This document shows positions 11,421 to 22,279 of a DNA stretch of 34,750 bases, piece by piece. A program made the translations under genes and the position numbers. The notes beneath the pieces were generated by a model. The model was given only the letters and a program-made list of their open reading frames with translations. It made no database searches and was not told where the DNA came from. The DNA comes from Octopus bimaculoides. Taxonomy: Eukaryota. Within the stretch, counting starts at the first letter, position 1; the number at the start of each line of letters is the position of its first letter. Where the stretch lies: NCBI RefSeq assembly GCF_001194135.2, contig NC_068985.1:83775121-83809870 (forward strand). Reading direction: 5' to 3'.

Positions 11421-11655
11421 AAAAAAATATATATGTATATATAACGTGAGACAGTTAGGGCTTGGGGGTTCAACCCAATAAGGGATAGTATCTATCCAGT
11501 ATACTGCTGGGAGGGTACCCAATTATTGCTACACTAGTGCTATCCTAGGTGCAATCAATGGGAGCGGGTAAAAGTGGAGGTTTTACCCAAAATTTGTGTA
11601 ACAATTAGAAAATGGAGGATAATATGCTGAACCCAACTCCTTGCAGACGGTGTGT

Positions 11656-11887
11656 TCTTTTATTCTTTTACTTGTTTCAGTCGTATGACTGTGGCCATAC
11701 TAGAGCACTGCCTTCAAAAGTTTCAGTCAAACAAATCAAACCCAAAGCTTATCCTTTCTAATCCTAGTACTTATTCTATCAGCTTCTCTTGCCAGACTGC
11801 TAAGTTACAGGGAAATAAGCACACCAGTATCAGATGTCAAGCAATGGTGGTGGGGGACAAACACACACACACACACACAAGTATATA

Positions 11888-11919
<32 letters not shown>

Positions 11920-11983
11920 ATATATACGACGGGTTTCTTTCAGTTTCCATCTACCAAATCCTATCACCAGGTTTTGGTTGGCC
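11656..11983 (-). mobile_element. SINE family A, lacking the head
   Basis: TTTTACTTGTTTCAGTC tail, internal (CA)n(TA)n, TTTCAGTTTCCATCTACCAAATCC core. Confidence 0.85.
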
Positions 11984-12000
11984 CATATATATTTTTTTAT

Positions 12001-12109
12001 AGCCTTGAACTTATTCTATCGGTCTCTTTTGCAGAACTGAAAAGTTACAGGAATGTAAGCATACCAACGACAGTTGTTCAGTGGTGATGAAGGGGCATCG
12101 CAAATACAA

Positions 12110-12204
<95 letters not shown>

Positions 12205-12378
12205 ATATGTATTTGTGACAGGCTTCTTTCTGTTTATGTCTGCCAAATCCACTTACAAGGCTTTGATCAGCCAGAGGCTATAGAAGAAGACACTTGCCCA
12301 AGGCTTTATGCAGTAGGACTGAACCCAGAACCATGTGGTTAGGAAGCAAGCTTCTTACCACACAGTCATGCTTGCATC
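12001..12378 (-). mobile_element. SINE family A with about 90 bp of (CA)n inside
   Basis: Head CCACACAGTCATGC, B-box GGACTGAACC (reverse), core AAGACACTTGCCCAAGG. Confidence 0.85.
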
Positions 12379-12939
12379 TATATATATGGTGTGTGTTAGT
12401 AAATAAATGAAGAAAGCAAAACAATATAACATGTACAACAACAAATAATTGACATCTCAGTTTCATTATCATCCAGTATATATTATATAATAATAATAAT
12501 AATAATTATATTAGGGATAAAAATCCAATTTTACAGGTAAAAACTCAATTAAATTCAATCTATTAAAAATTAAAATTAAGTGGATTTTCATCTNNNNNNN
12601 NNNNNNNNNNNNNNNNNNNNNNNNNNNNNNNNNNNNNNNNNNNNNNNNNNNNNNNNNNNNNNNNNNNNNNNNNNNNNNNNNNNNNNNNNNNNNNNNNNNN
12701 NNNNNNNNNNNNNNNNNNNNNNNNNNNNNNNNNNNNNNNNNNNNNNNNNNNNNNNNNNNNNNNNNNNNNNNNNNNNNNNNNNNNNNNNNNNNNNNNNNNN
12801 NNNNNNNNNNNNNNNNNNNNNNNNNNNNNNNNNNNNNNNNNNNNNNNNNNNNNNNNNNNNNNNNNNNNNNNNNNNNNNNNNNNNNNNNNNNNNNNNNNNN
12901 NNNNNNNNNNNNNNNNNNNNNNNNNNNNNNTATATATAT

Positions 12940-13220
12940 TTATTTATCTATGGGTTTCAGCCAAGTGGCTGTGGTCATGCTGGAGCACCACCATGACTTT
13001 CCGTCTTTATGCTGTGCTCTCTTCACGTTCCTTGAATGGCTCTTCTCTTCCACCTGATATAGTCCAATCAAGAGTTTTGATGGCACATCTGGTGTGTAAG
13101 AGAATTTGACATCGCTGCCCTAAACTGTGTCTCATTTCGAGCCATTGGTTCGTCTGGTATTGTGGAGAGGGAAGCGTCGAGTTTTGTCTTGAAGACCTCT
13201 ATATCTTGAAGACCTCTATA
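12940..13220 (-). mobile_element. CR1/L2-group LINE 3' end (ORF2 C-terminus, 3' UTR, (TAAA)n tail)
   Basis: 13199-13068 reads EVFKTKLDASLSTIPDEPMARNETQFRAAMSNSLTHQMCHQNS*, matching the FKxKLDxFLxxxPDEP...SNSL end of invertebrate CR1-like ORF2. A 17-bp tandem duplication lies at 13187-13220. Confidence 0.75.
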
Positions 13221-13551
13221 AGTTTGTTAAAAGATCTCCATTTCTCTAACCCCTTCGCTCTGCAGCTTCACCCCTCAACATACACTTCTAAACATCAACC
13301 ATATTGATTTGTCCCACATCTGTATCGTATATCTCATATCTCCATATCTTTCTAGATTTTTGATTGTATCTCCCTCTCATCCCTTACACCTTCACCTTGC
13401 TGAATGCGTCAACAAACCAACCATGTCACTTGCATATCAACATCAGTTGCAACCATTTAGTTGTGTTTGCCTTCTTTTGATGTTTTGAACTCATCAAAAA
13501 ATATATCACTTCATCATTATCACCACCACTGACCTATTTGTTGATACAGTA

Positions 13552-13586
13552 TATATGGATACAGTATAACAAACTGTATCCATATA
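13552..13586. repeat. Perfect 14-bp inverted repeat with 7-nt loop
   Basis: TATATGGATACAGT-ataacaa-ACTGTATCCATATA. Confidence 0.8.
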
Positions 13587-13705
13587 GTCATCAATCTATC
13601 TAACTTGATGTCTGTTTGCATATATATGTATGTATGTATGTATATCACACACGCATATATGTATCTATGTAATATATATCATATACATGCACACACATGT
13701 ATATA

Positions 13706-13983
13706 GGCGTAGGAGTGGCTGTGTGGTAAGTAGCTTGCTTACGAACCACATGGTTCCAGGTTCAGTCCCACTGCATAGCAACCTGGGCAAGTGTCTTCTA
13801 CTATAGCCTTGGGCCGACCAAAGCCTTGTGAGTGGATTTGGTAGACGGAAACTGAAAGAAGCCCGTCGTATATATGTATATACGTGTGTATGTGTGTGTA
13901 TGTGTTTGTGTCTGTTCCCCCAACATCGCTTGACAATCGATGCTGGTGTGTTTACGTCCCCCGCGACTTAGCAGTTTGACAAA
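13706..13983 (+). mobile_element. SINE family A, youngest-looking copy, cut by a gap
   Basis: A-box TGGCTGTGTGG 13716-13726, B-box GGTTCAGTCCC 13759-13769, core CTGGGCAAGTGTCTTCTACTATAGCC; retains many CpGs. Confidence 0.9.
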
Positions 13984-14315
13984 NNNNNNNNNNNNNNNNN
14001 NNNNNNNNNNNNNNNNNNNNNNNNNNNNNNNNNNNNNNNNNNNNNNNNNNNNNNNNNNNNNNNNNNNNNNNNNNNNNNNNNNNTATATATATATATATGA
14101 TATATATCACTTAGAGATTTATTATATATATACACACATATTTATATTATATATCTATATATAGGTCGTAAATTGAGTAGATGGACAGCCGACAACTGAT
14201 GAAGGGTCGTTCTTTGTTACTTATATTGTTTAACATTTGTTTTTCTCGTTCACAAACCCAAGTTTGTCTTCATATTTCATGTTGTTTACATTTTGTGATG
14301 TATACCCATATATGC

Positions 14316-14386
<71 letters not shown>

Positions 14387-14419
14387 CATATATATATATG
14401 CATATATATATATATATAT

Positions 14420-14460
14420 ATACATACATACATACGACAGGCTTCTTTCAGTTTCCGTTC
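14420..14460 (-). mobile_element. SINE family A core fragment next to a (TA)n tract
   Basis: ACGACAGGCTTCTTTCAGTTTCCGT. Confidence 0.6.
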
Positions 14461-14870
14461 TAGTAATTTAAATATCAGTAAATTTGTCATCCTGTACAGT
14501 GTGAGATAAAATTCTGCTGGGGTTTATGTAATTCACTTTGGATCAATAAAATAAATTACGTAATCCTCTATTGGTGACCAGCTTTAATCTGGATTAATTC
14601 AAAATAGGGTTCAATATGCCAATTCGTGTCAAAGGATTTTACTTCTTTTCTTTCTCTATTTTACATTTATTTGCCACTGCTTGTATGGGTGGATTTATTC
14701 ATTCATTTATTTTTTTTTTTTTAGCATCCTGCTTCGCAATAGGAAGTTCTTTTTACCACTATACTAACCAATCCAATGAGCAAAATTAAACTCCAATAAT
14801 CTGCTAAATTTTTCAAAAATTTGAGTTTGTATTCAAAACTGAATATCTTAGTGAAGTACTTTTTAAGGAT

Positions 14871-15881
14871 TATTCTTTTACTTGTTTCAGTCATTTGACT
14901 GTGTCCATGATGGAGCAGCACCTTGAAGGGATTTTTTAGTCAAAGAAATCAACCCCAGGACTTATTCTTTGTAAACATGGTACTTTTATCTATTGGTCTC
15001 TTTTGCCAAATTGCTAAGTTATGGGGACATAAACACACCAACATTGGTTGTCAAGTGCTGGTGGGAGGAGACACAAGGACACACACAAACATATGCATAT
15101 ATACAATCCTGTAGGATTTTCGAGCGAGATCGTTGCCAGTGCCCCTGGACTGGCTTGTGCGGGTGGCACATAAAAGACACCATTTCGAGCGTGGCCGTTT
15201 TCGTGCGGGTGACACGTAAAAGCACCCACTACACTCTCTGAGTGGTTGGCGTTAGGAAGGGCATCCAGCTGTAGAAACTCTGCCAAATCAGACTGGAGCC
15301 TGGTGTTGCCATCCGGTTTCACCAGTCCTCAGTCAAATCGTCCAACCCATGCTAGCATGGAAAGCGGACGTTAAACGATGATGATGATGATGATGATATA
15401 TATANNNNNNNNNNNNNNNNNNNNNNNNNNNNNNNNNNNNNNNNNNNNNNNNNNNNNNNNNNNNNNNNNNNNNNNNNNNNNNNNNNNNNNNNNNNNNNNN
15501 NNNNNNNNNNNNNNNNNNNNNNNNNNNNNNNNNNNNNNNNNNNNNNNNNNNNNNNNNNNNNNNNNNNNNNNNNNNNNNNNNNNNNNNNNNNNNNNNNNNN
15601 NNNNNNNNNNNNNNNNNNNNNNNNNNNNNNNNNNNNNNNNNNNNNNNNNNNNNNNNNNNNNNNNNNNNNNNNNNNNNNNNNNNNNNNNNNNNNNNNNNNN
15701 NNNNNNNNNNNNNNNNNNNNNNNNNNNNNNNNNNNNNNNNNNNNNNNNNNNNNNNNNNNNNNNNNNNNNNNNNNNNNNNNNNNNNNNNNNNNNNNNNNNN
15801 NNNNNNNNNNNNNNNNNNNNNNNNGTATATATATATATACATATGTATATATATATATACATATGTATATATATATATATA

Positions 15882-15921
<40 letters not shown>

Positions 15922-16078
15922 CATGACGGACTTCTTTCAGCTTGTCTACCAAATCCACTCACAAGGCTTTGGTTGGCCCAAGGCTATTGTAGAAGACACT
16001 TGCCCAAGGTGCCACATGGTGGAACTGAACCTGTAACCCAGGACCATGTGCTTGGGAAGCAAACTTCTTATCACTCAA
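14871..16078 (-). mobile_element. SINE family A split at its internal microsatellite by an RTE tail and a gap
   Basis: 3' half at 14871-15105 and 5' half at 15924-16078 are collinear on the minus strand. The gap means two separate copies cannot be excluded. Confidence 0.7.
15106..15397 (+). mobile_element. RTE-type 3' UTR/tail, young copy
   Basis: Nearly identical to 1-304, CpG-rich, (GAT)n tail. Confidence 0.8.
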
Positions 16079-16102
16079 CTAAACTGTTTATTATTTTTAC
16101 AG

Positions 16103-16262
16103 TTTAACCCCAGGGCTACTCTGCTTGAACATGTCTATCCAATTGTGACTATACTGTTGTGTTTCCAGAAATAATGTATCCAGAACTACATTATTCAATA
16201 TATCCTTTCTTTTTAAGGTTGAAGGGAGACTTGGCTATTGTTTGTAGCAAGACATGCAACCA
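16103..16262 (-). repeat. Family C repeat, inverted copy
   Basis: GAACTACATTATTCAATATATCCTT and GGGAGACTTGGCTATTGTTTGTAGCA are reverse-complement-similar to 4945-5050. Confidence 0.55.
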
Positions 16263-17114
16263 TTTTTGTTCATTTTGTTTTTTGAGTAAAATTCAAAACC
16301 AATATTTAGGTATTTGTACATCTTTTATTCAACCACATATGTCCTATTTTGTTCCACTACCTTTTGATATCTTTAAAGCTGTTTCCTGATTCCATTATCA
16401 TGAACGCTAGTTTTAGCAAATGTGATTGCTCAAGCTTTCTGTTTTGTAATTTTATTTGCTATAAGATATTTTGTGTAGCATTTAATGTTTAAAAATATGT
16501 TGTTTCGAAAATACACAATATATTTGTACATATCTAACTGATCACTCTTGTGAAACTATGTCATTTTTGAAGTACTTTTTTGATGTTAGTTAAAATTCTG
16601 CTTTTGTAATAAAGATCTACTGGTAAAATGTTATGTGTATACATGTGCACACTACCATTTGTATGTGTGATGACAGATAGAAAAAAAGAGTGAGTTGGGG
16701 AGATGTACGTTGTTGACATGAGCATATGTATAAATACAAATAACATTGACATATTCAAAACCAAGCTGGAAGCTTATGCTTGTTTTCTTAAATATGGCAT
16801 AGAGTAATTAAATATGTAAATGTTCACCTTCCTAAAAGAGCATTGATACATTTAAAATTTTTGACTTTAGAAACATCAAACATCTATGTTAGGAAAAAGT
16901 GTGAAGTTTATCCACCTGGCAACTGATGTTAATTAAGTTGTTATAACACTAATTCTGTTTGTTATTGCTTTTAATTGATATAATTAATTGAATAGTTGGA
17001 TATACAAAATTGCAAGCACATTAAGTAGCTAAAACTACTATGTATGTTTATAATACTCTATTTGTTAATTTGTATTATATATCATACATAATATGTATAC
17101 ACACATATTATTAT

Positions 17115-17596
17115 ATGAAAACTCACATCTTATTTTGCTGGGTATGATGGCAAGTGTCAGCTGTCCACAGCCAGCAGACTAAGGTGACACTTGTTTACTG
17201 GTCATGCTTCAACAACTCTGCTAAGAATTCTTGCAGTTCCAAGCAATGTTGATTTTTGTAGGTGTTCTACCTTCACGTTTGCATTAATCTCTTTCAGCCA
17301 TATTGGTAGTTGAGCGCTGATACTTCCATTATTATTGTTATCATGTCTGTTCTCTTCCTTGACCACAACCTTCGTATTCCCCATTTCAAATCATTGTAGT
17401 TGCTTATTTTTCCTTCATTCACATAGATCCTGTTGTCACTAGGGCAAGCTATGTCCATCATCATACATGTTCTTTCTTTTTACTCATCACAACAATGTCC
17501 AGTTTCATATGTCTGGTTAGGTCATTGCACTGGATCATTGCATCCCACAGGATTTTGCAATTTTCCTTTTTGGTGACTCCTGAAGTTTGTTCATAC

Positions 17597-17598
<2 letters not shown>
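17115..17598 (-). mobile_element. R4/Dong-like non-LTR retrotransposon, 5'-truncated (restriction-like endonuclease domain plus 3' UTR)
   Basis: With two frameshifts: WYEQTSGVTKKENCKILWDAMIQCNDLTRHMKLDIVV / TCMMMDIACPSDNRIYVNEGKISNYNDLKWGIRRLW / GSISAQLPIWLKEINANVKVEHLQKSTLLGTARILSRVVEA*. KILWD, (P)DIVV, DIACP and LQK..LLGTARIL are RLE hallmarks. Confidence 0.85.

Positions 17599-17656
<58 letters not shown>
17599..17656. repeat. (ATT)n microsatellite, about 19 units
   Basis: Directly visible. Confidence 0.95.
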
Positions 17657-17657
<1 letters not shown>

Positions 17658-17852
17658 AGGCATTGAGCTGGCAGAATTGTTACTATGCTGATTCATCAGT
17701 CTTCATGTTACAAGTTCAAATTCTGTTGAGGTCAACTTGCCTTTTATTCTTTCAGGGCCAGTAAAATAAGTACCAGTTGAATATTGGGTTGATGAAATTG
17801 ACTTCCACCCTTTCTCAAAATTGCTGGTCATGTGCCAAAATTTGAAACCATT
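17658..17852 (+). mobile_element. SINE family B
   Basis: GAGCTGGCAGAATTGTT head, AGTTCAAATTCTG B-box, GAGGTCAACTTGCCTTTTATTC domain, GTGCCAAAATTTGAAACCA tail variant. Confidence 0.75.
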
Positions 17853-17869
17853 ACTGCTGTTGTTGTTTT

Positions 17870-18090
17870 GAAGGCAAAGCTGACAAAAACATGGTGCATC
17901 AAGCAAAATGCTTTGTGGCATTGCTATTTGGTCATCTCTTTATGTTGAATACAAACCCTGCTAAGCTCAACTTTGCCTCTCTTTTGGGGGATCAATAAAA
18001 TAAGCATCAGTTGAGCACTGAAATCAATGTAATCAACTAATCCCTACTACAAAATTTCAGCCCTGTACCTACAGTAGAAAGGATTATTAT
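17870..18090 (+). mobile_element. SINE family B, older copy
   Basis: CTCAACTTTGCCTCTC..AATAAGCATCAGTTGAGCACTG..AGTAGAAAGGATTATT. Confidence 0.7.
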
Positions 18091-18112
18091 AATAATTATT
18101 AGTCCTTGGGTT

Positions 18113-18287
18113 GTGGCTTTTCATCCATCTTCACATTCTGAATTCAAATTCAACCAAGGTCAAATTTACCTTTTATCCTTTAAGGGTCGATAAATTAAGT
18201 ACCAGTCAAGTACTGGGATCGAAGTGATCGATTGTCCCCTTCCCCACAAAATCTATGCCTTGTGCCCATAGTAGAAAGGATTATTAA
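18113..18287 (+). mobile_element. SINE family B, 5'-truncated, with TSD
   Basis: GGTCAAATTTACCTTTTATCCTTTAAGGGTCGATAAATTAAGTACCAG domain; flanked by TCCTTGGGTT at 18103-18112 and 18288-18297. Confidence 0.8.
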
Positions 18288-18469
18288 TCCTTGGGTTAGC
18301 ACTTTTAAGGATCTACTTGTTTATATTCACACAAGTAGCTGATTAGCATTTACTTTATCAGCTTTACAGTGTTGTTAGACAAGGTTTGCTAAGATTTGAT
18401 ATCAGAACATGTAAGGGTATGTGATCAAATACCGCGAGGTATTTTACACCATACATTAAATTCTACTGC

Positions 18470-18504
<35 letters not shown>

Positions 18505-18692
18505 CTTATTTGTACAAACAAAAGGAAAAAGCACCTGACATATATTGTATAGAGGGTAAATATTTGTGCTTGACAGATGCAAAATGTACACCTGATCATT
18601 TGGATCAGTCAAATTGTTCATAATGTAGATGTTTTCTAAAACCCTAGTCACATTTAGTGACATTTGTAATTCTCCTTTTTGGTGAAACATTA

Positions 18693-19064
18693 ACTGCTGT
18701 CTGGTAAGAAGCTTGCTTCCCAACCATATGGTTCCAGGTTCAGTCCCACTGTGTGGTACCTTGGGCAACTGTCTTCTCAGGCCAGCCAAAACCTTGTGAG
18801 TGGATTTGGTAGATGGAAACTGAAAGAAGTCCATCATATATATGTATATATTTGTGTATGTGTCTGTACTTGATCCCCCATCATTGCTTGACAACCAATT
18901 TTTGTGTGCTTACATTCCCATAACTTAGCGGTTTTGGTGAAAGAGACTGATAGAATAAGTACTAGGCTTACAAAGAATAAGTCTTGGGGTTGATTTGTTC
19001 AACTAAAGGTGGTGCTCCAGCATGGCCACAGTTAAATGACTGAAACAAGTAAAAGAATAAAAGA

Positions 19065-19066
<2 letters not shown>
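18693..19066 (+). mobile_element. SINE family A, essentially full length
   Basis: Head, B-box GGTTCAGTCCC, core, short internal microsatellite, 3' tail GGTGGTGCTCCAGCATGGCCACAG..CTGAAACAAGTAAAAGA. Confidence 0.9.
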
Positions 19067-19100
<34 letters not shown>

Positions 19101-19262
19101 NNNNNNNNNNNNNNNNNNNNNNNNNNNNNNNNNNNNNNNNNNNNNNNNNNNNNNNNNNNNNNNNNNNNNNNNNNNNNNNNNNNNNNNNNNNNNNNNNNNN
19201 NNNNNNNNNNNNNNNNNNNNNNNNNNNNNNNNNNNNNNNNNNNNNNNNNNNNNNNNNNNNNN

Positions 19263-19310
<48 letters not shown>

Positions 19311-19463
19311 GATGACAGTCCTCTTTCAGACTACCAAATCTACTCAGAAGGCTTTGGTTGACCCAGGGCTATAGTGGAAGACACTTGCCCAAGGTTCTGC
19401 ATGGTGGGACTGAAACAGACCACATGGTTGGAAAGCAAGCTTCTCAATTACACAGACATGCCT
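19311..19463 (-). mobile_element. SINE family A, 5' half
   Basis: CTACCAAATCTACTCAGAAGGCTTTGG..AAGACACTTGCCCAAGG..GGGACTGAAAC. Confidence 0.8.
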
Positions 19464-19894
19464 GAATATTTATAAACAAAAGTTGAAATATTTGAAATAT
19501 TCCATTTATATCTTGAGTCTCTTTCCTCCTCTGGAGCAGCCCACGTCGAAACACTGCATTGTGGTTGTTTGTTTCTTTTAAAATGGTAAATTATGTGCCC
19601 AACATCCCAGTAATTAAAAAGAAAGTGCAATACATACACACATGCACAGAATGTGGGAGAAATGGAAGGGGAGAGAGAGGGAAAGAGAGAAGGAACTTCA
19701 ATAATAAATAGATTTTAAATTGCAATGTATCTTTGCATACATAACACATACATTTGCAGTGAACGGAGTAGCATCTCCTCTGAATAAGAAGTACATGCAA
19801 ATTTCTGAAGCATTTTACACATATGTCTACAATGCATAGATCCAAAATATGCATACATACACACACATGCATGCATACAACTATATACATACAT

Positions 19895-19933
<39 letters not shown>

Positions 19934-20404
19934 CATGATGCACACAAATGAAAAATATATAAAAAAATTTTCACACAAGTAAATTTTACTCAAAAACTCG
20001 TTCTCCCTTGGCACAAGATTCTATAAATTATAGAACAGCAGCCTAGCTGACTGAGGTGAGACTTTTCTCTATAACTTAATTAGAGCCTTAAGTTAAATTG
20101 AAGTAAAATTAAGAAAAGAAAAAGAAAGAGCAATTGTTTCTCAAGATAAGGTATTTTGGATAAGTGGTAACAATTTGTGACTTTTCAAAAGATTTTGACT
20201 GAGGCAAAAATTGATTTTGAATGGCTAATTTTCAAATACATATGAATCCTTAATTGTGTATACGTAGTTCATCTTTAAAATAGCTTTCATGCTGTACGAA
20301 TTAGCATAAAAAGTATATTTGTATTATATTTTTCTTTTTTGAAGTGTAAGCTATTATAGAATAGATAATTCATTGCATGCTTTTCATGCCAGCTTTTTAT
20401 TATA

Positions 20405-20470
20405 TCATCACCATCCTCCTCCTCTTCCTCTTCCTCCTCCTCTTCCTCCTCCTCTTCCTCCTCTTCCTCT

Positions 20471-20502
<32 letters not shown>

Positions 20503-20541
20503 GTCCTCGTCATCATCATCCATCGTCACCATCATCATCAC
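20405..20541. repeat. Compound (CAT)/(CCT)/(CTT) trinucleotide tract
   Basis: Directly visible; source of the poly-E and poly-P ORFs. Confidence 0.9.
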
Positions 20542-20830
20542 ATCTACTTTTAAATGATTGCATGGATGAGGCAACAGTTCATAGAGACACAAATTTTTTA
20601 CTGTTAAAAACTCTTCCAGTTACCAACCCCAACTTGTTTCAAAAGTGAGTAATAATCTCCTGTTCTATCAAATAACATATAAACCATGGACATACTTTCA
20701 TGAAAGACTGTAAGCAGACTTTATCATCAATGAAGCCATGGTTCACAAACCAATGAACAAGAATAGAATTCACATTCACTCACACAAAAATGCACTTAAA
20801 CAATCATGTACAAACACACACACACACACA

Positions 20831-20974
20831 GACGTCTTTCGGTTTTTCTGTCTACCAGATTCATTCCCAAATCATTGGTTGGCTTGTGGCTGCAGTAGAA
20901 GACACTTGTCCAAAGTGCTATGCAGTGAAACTAAACTCAAAACCATTTGGTTGTGAAGCAAACTTCTTAACCAC
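20831..20974 (-). mobile_element. SINE family A, 5' half, old
   Basis: TCTACCAGATTC..AGTAGAAGACACTTGTCCAAAG..GAAGCAAACTTCTTAACCAC. Confidence 0.7.
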
Positions 20975-21437
20975 ATATATCTACAAAATGCAAATTGTAA
21001 TTTCAAAAATAAATTGTGTTGTATGTCAGTATATTTGTGTGCATGCTCACCATTTTTCTTTTCACATAAAATTCCTATATAATTGTAATTTACACACACT
21101 GAAATACATTTGTAGAAATTTCCATTTAAAAATACCCATTTTTCTGAAATTCATGCAAAAAACAAAGTCGGTAGGACACATTTGTGTATGTATGCCCATT
21201 GTTTTAGTATAAGTATTACTAAGATTACATTGCTGTTATATATCTACAAATCAGCTTGCTTCACTTCACTGTCATTTTGTATGTAACAATATTTAATTAT
21301 AGAACTGCATGTTATATATAAACAAGGAATATACTTCTTTCATTTGGTCTACTCTTTTACCACATAAAAACATACATATGTACATATATGTGTATATATA
21401 TATATATGTGTGTGTGTGTATATATACATATATAAAA

Positions 21438-21793
21438 CTTTTTAATTGTTCCTGTCATTTGACTGCAGCCATGCTGGGGCACCACCTTGATGAAGTTTAG
21501 TTGAATTAATTGGCTCCAGTACATATCTTTATTAAGCCTCATATTTATTCTATCAGTTTCTTTTGCTGAACCCCTCAGTCACAGGACACAAACACACAAA
21601 CACTGGTTGTCAAGTGATGGAAGACACACACATGCACACAATGAGCTTCTTTCAGTTTCCATCTACCAAATCCACCCAGAGGGCTTTGGTTAGCTTGAGG
21701 CTATAATACAAGACACTTGCTCAAGGTACCATGCAGTAGTGCTGAACCTGGAATCATGTAGTCATGATGCACACTTCTTGCCATACAGCCATA
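21438..21793 (-). mobile_element. SINE family A, full length, old
   Basis: Tail GTCATTTGACTGCAGCCATGCTGGGGCACC through head CCATACAGCCAT. Confidence 0.8.
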
Positions 21794-22068
21794 CCATTTG
21801 ATAATTTTAAGGCAATATAATGTTCTTGGATATTTATCAACTATTTATAGTAACTTGAGGTGATACTCTCTTGTTAGATTGTGAATAACAGAGAGTAGAA
21901 TTGCGGCCATACAGATTACTTATATGTATTGTATGCTATGTACTGCAAGACTCAGTTATTTTGTGCTTTGAGAATAATGTATTTGCTTCTTGAGACTGTT
22001 AAATTGAAAAATATCATTCACTGTACTTTTTACTTTTATTGTATGTATATTGTCATTGTTATCATTTA

Positions 22069-22260
22069 GGTGGCAAGCTGGCAGAATCGTTAGTATGCCG
22101 GGTGAAATGTTTAGTGGTATTTTGTCTGTCCTTATGTTCTGAGTTCAAGCTCAACTTCTGAGTTCAAAGGTCGGCGTACCAGTCTAGCACTGGTGTCAAT
22201 GTAATCGACTATACTGCTCCCCCAAGATTTCAGGCCTTGTGCCTTTAGTAGAAAGGACTA
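22069..22260 (+). mobile_element. SINE family B with an internal deletion/duplication
   Basis: GGTGGCAAGCTGGCAGAATCGTTAG head; TTCTGAGTTCAA occurs twice; tail GCCTTGTGCCTTTAGTAGAAAGG. Confidence 0.8.
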
Positions 22261-22279
22261 TCATCCTCTGTATTTTCAT

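Noticed and set aside
13706-13780. Functional tRNA gene
   Set aside because: The A/B boxes belong to a SINE head continuing into core and tail; no complete cloverleaf.
14160-14290. CpG-rich segment with CTGATGAAGGG resembling a hammerhead start
   Set aside because: No stem II partner or GAAA downstream. Probably another repeat, but not classifiable here.
14725-14775. Minus-strand GGTTAGTATAGTGGT resembling a tRNA A-box
   Set aside because: No B-box or cloverleaf follows.
16103-16217. Strong TTTTTACAG acceptor followed by FNPRATLLEHVYP
   Set aside because: The sequence is an antisense copy of repeat family C.
19500-19800. Possible exons around AATG|GTAAAT and TTTGCAG|
   Set aside because: Joined frames are short, stop quickly and match nothing I recognise.
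20287-20648. Poly-Glu (minus) and poly-Pro (plus) ORFs
   Set aside because: Trinucleotide microsatellite open in several frames; flanks show no coding character or convincing splice sites.
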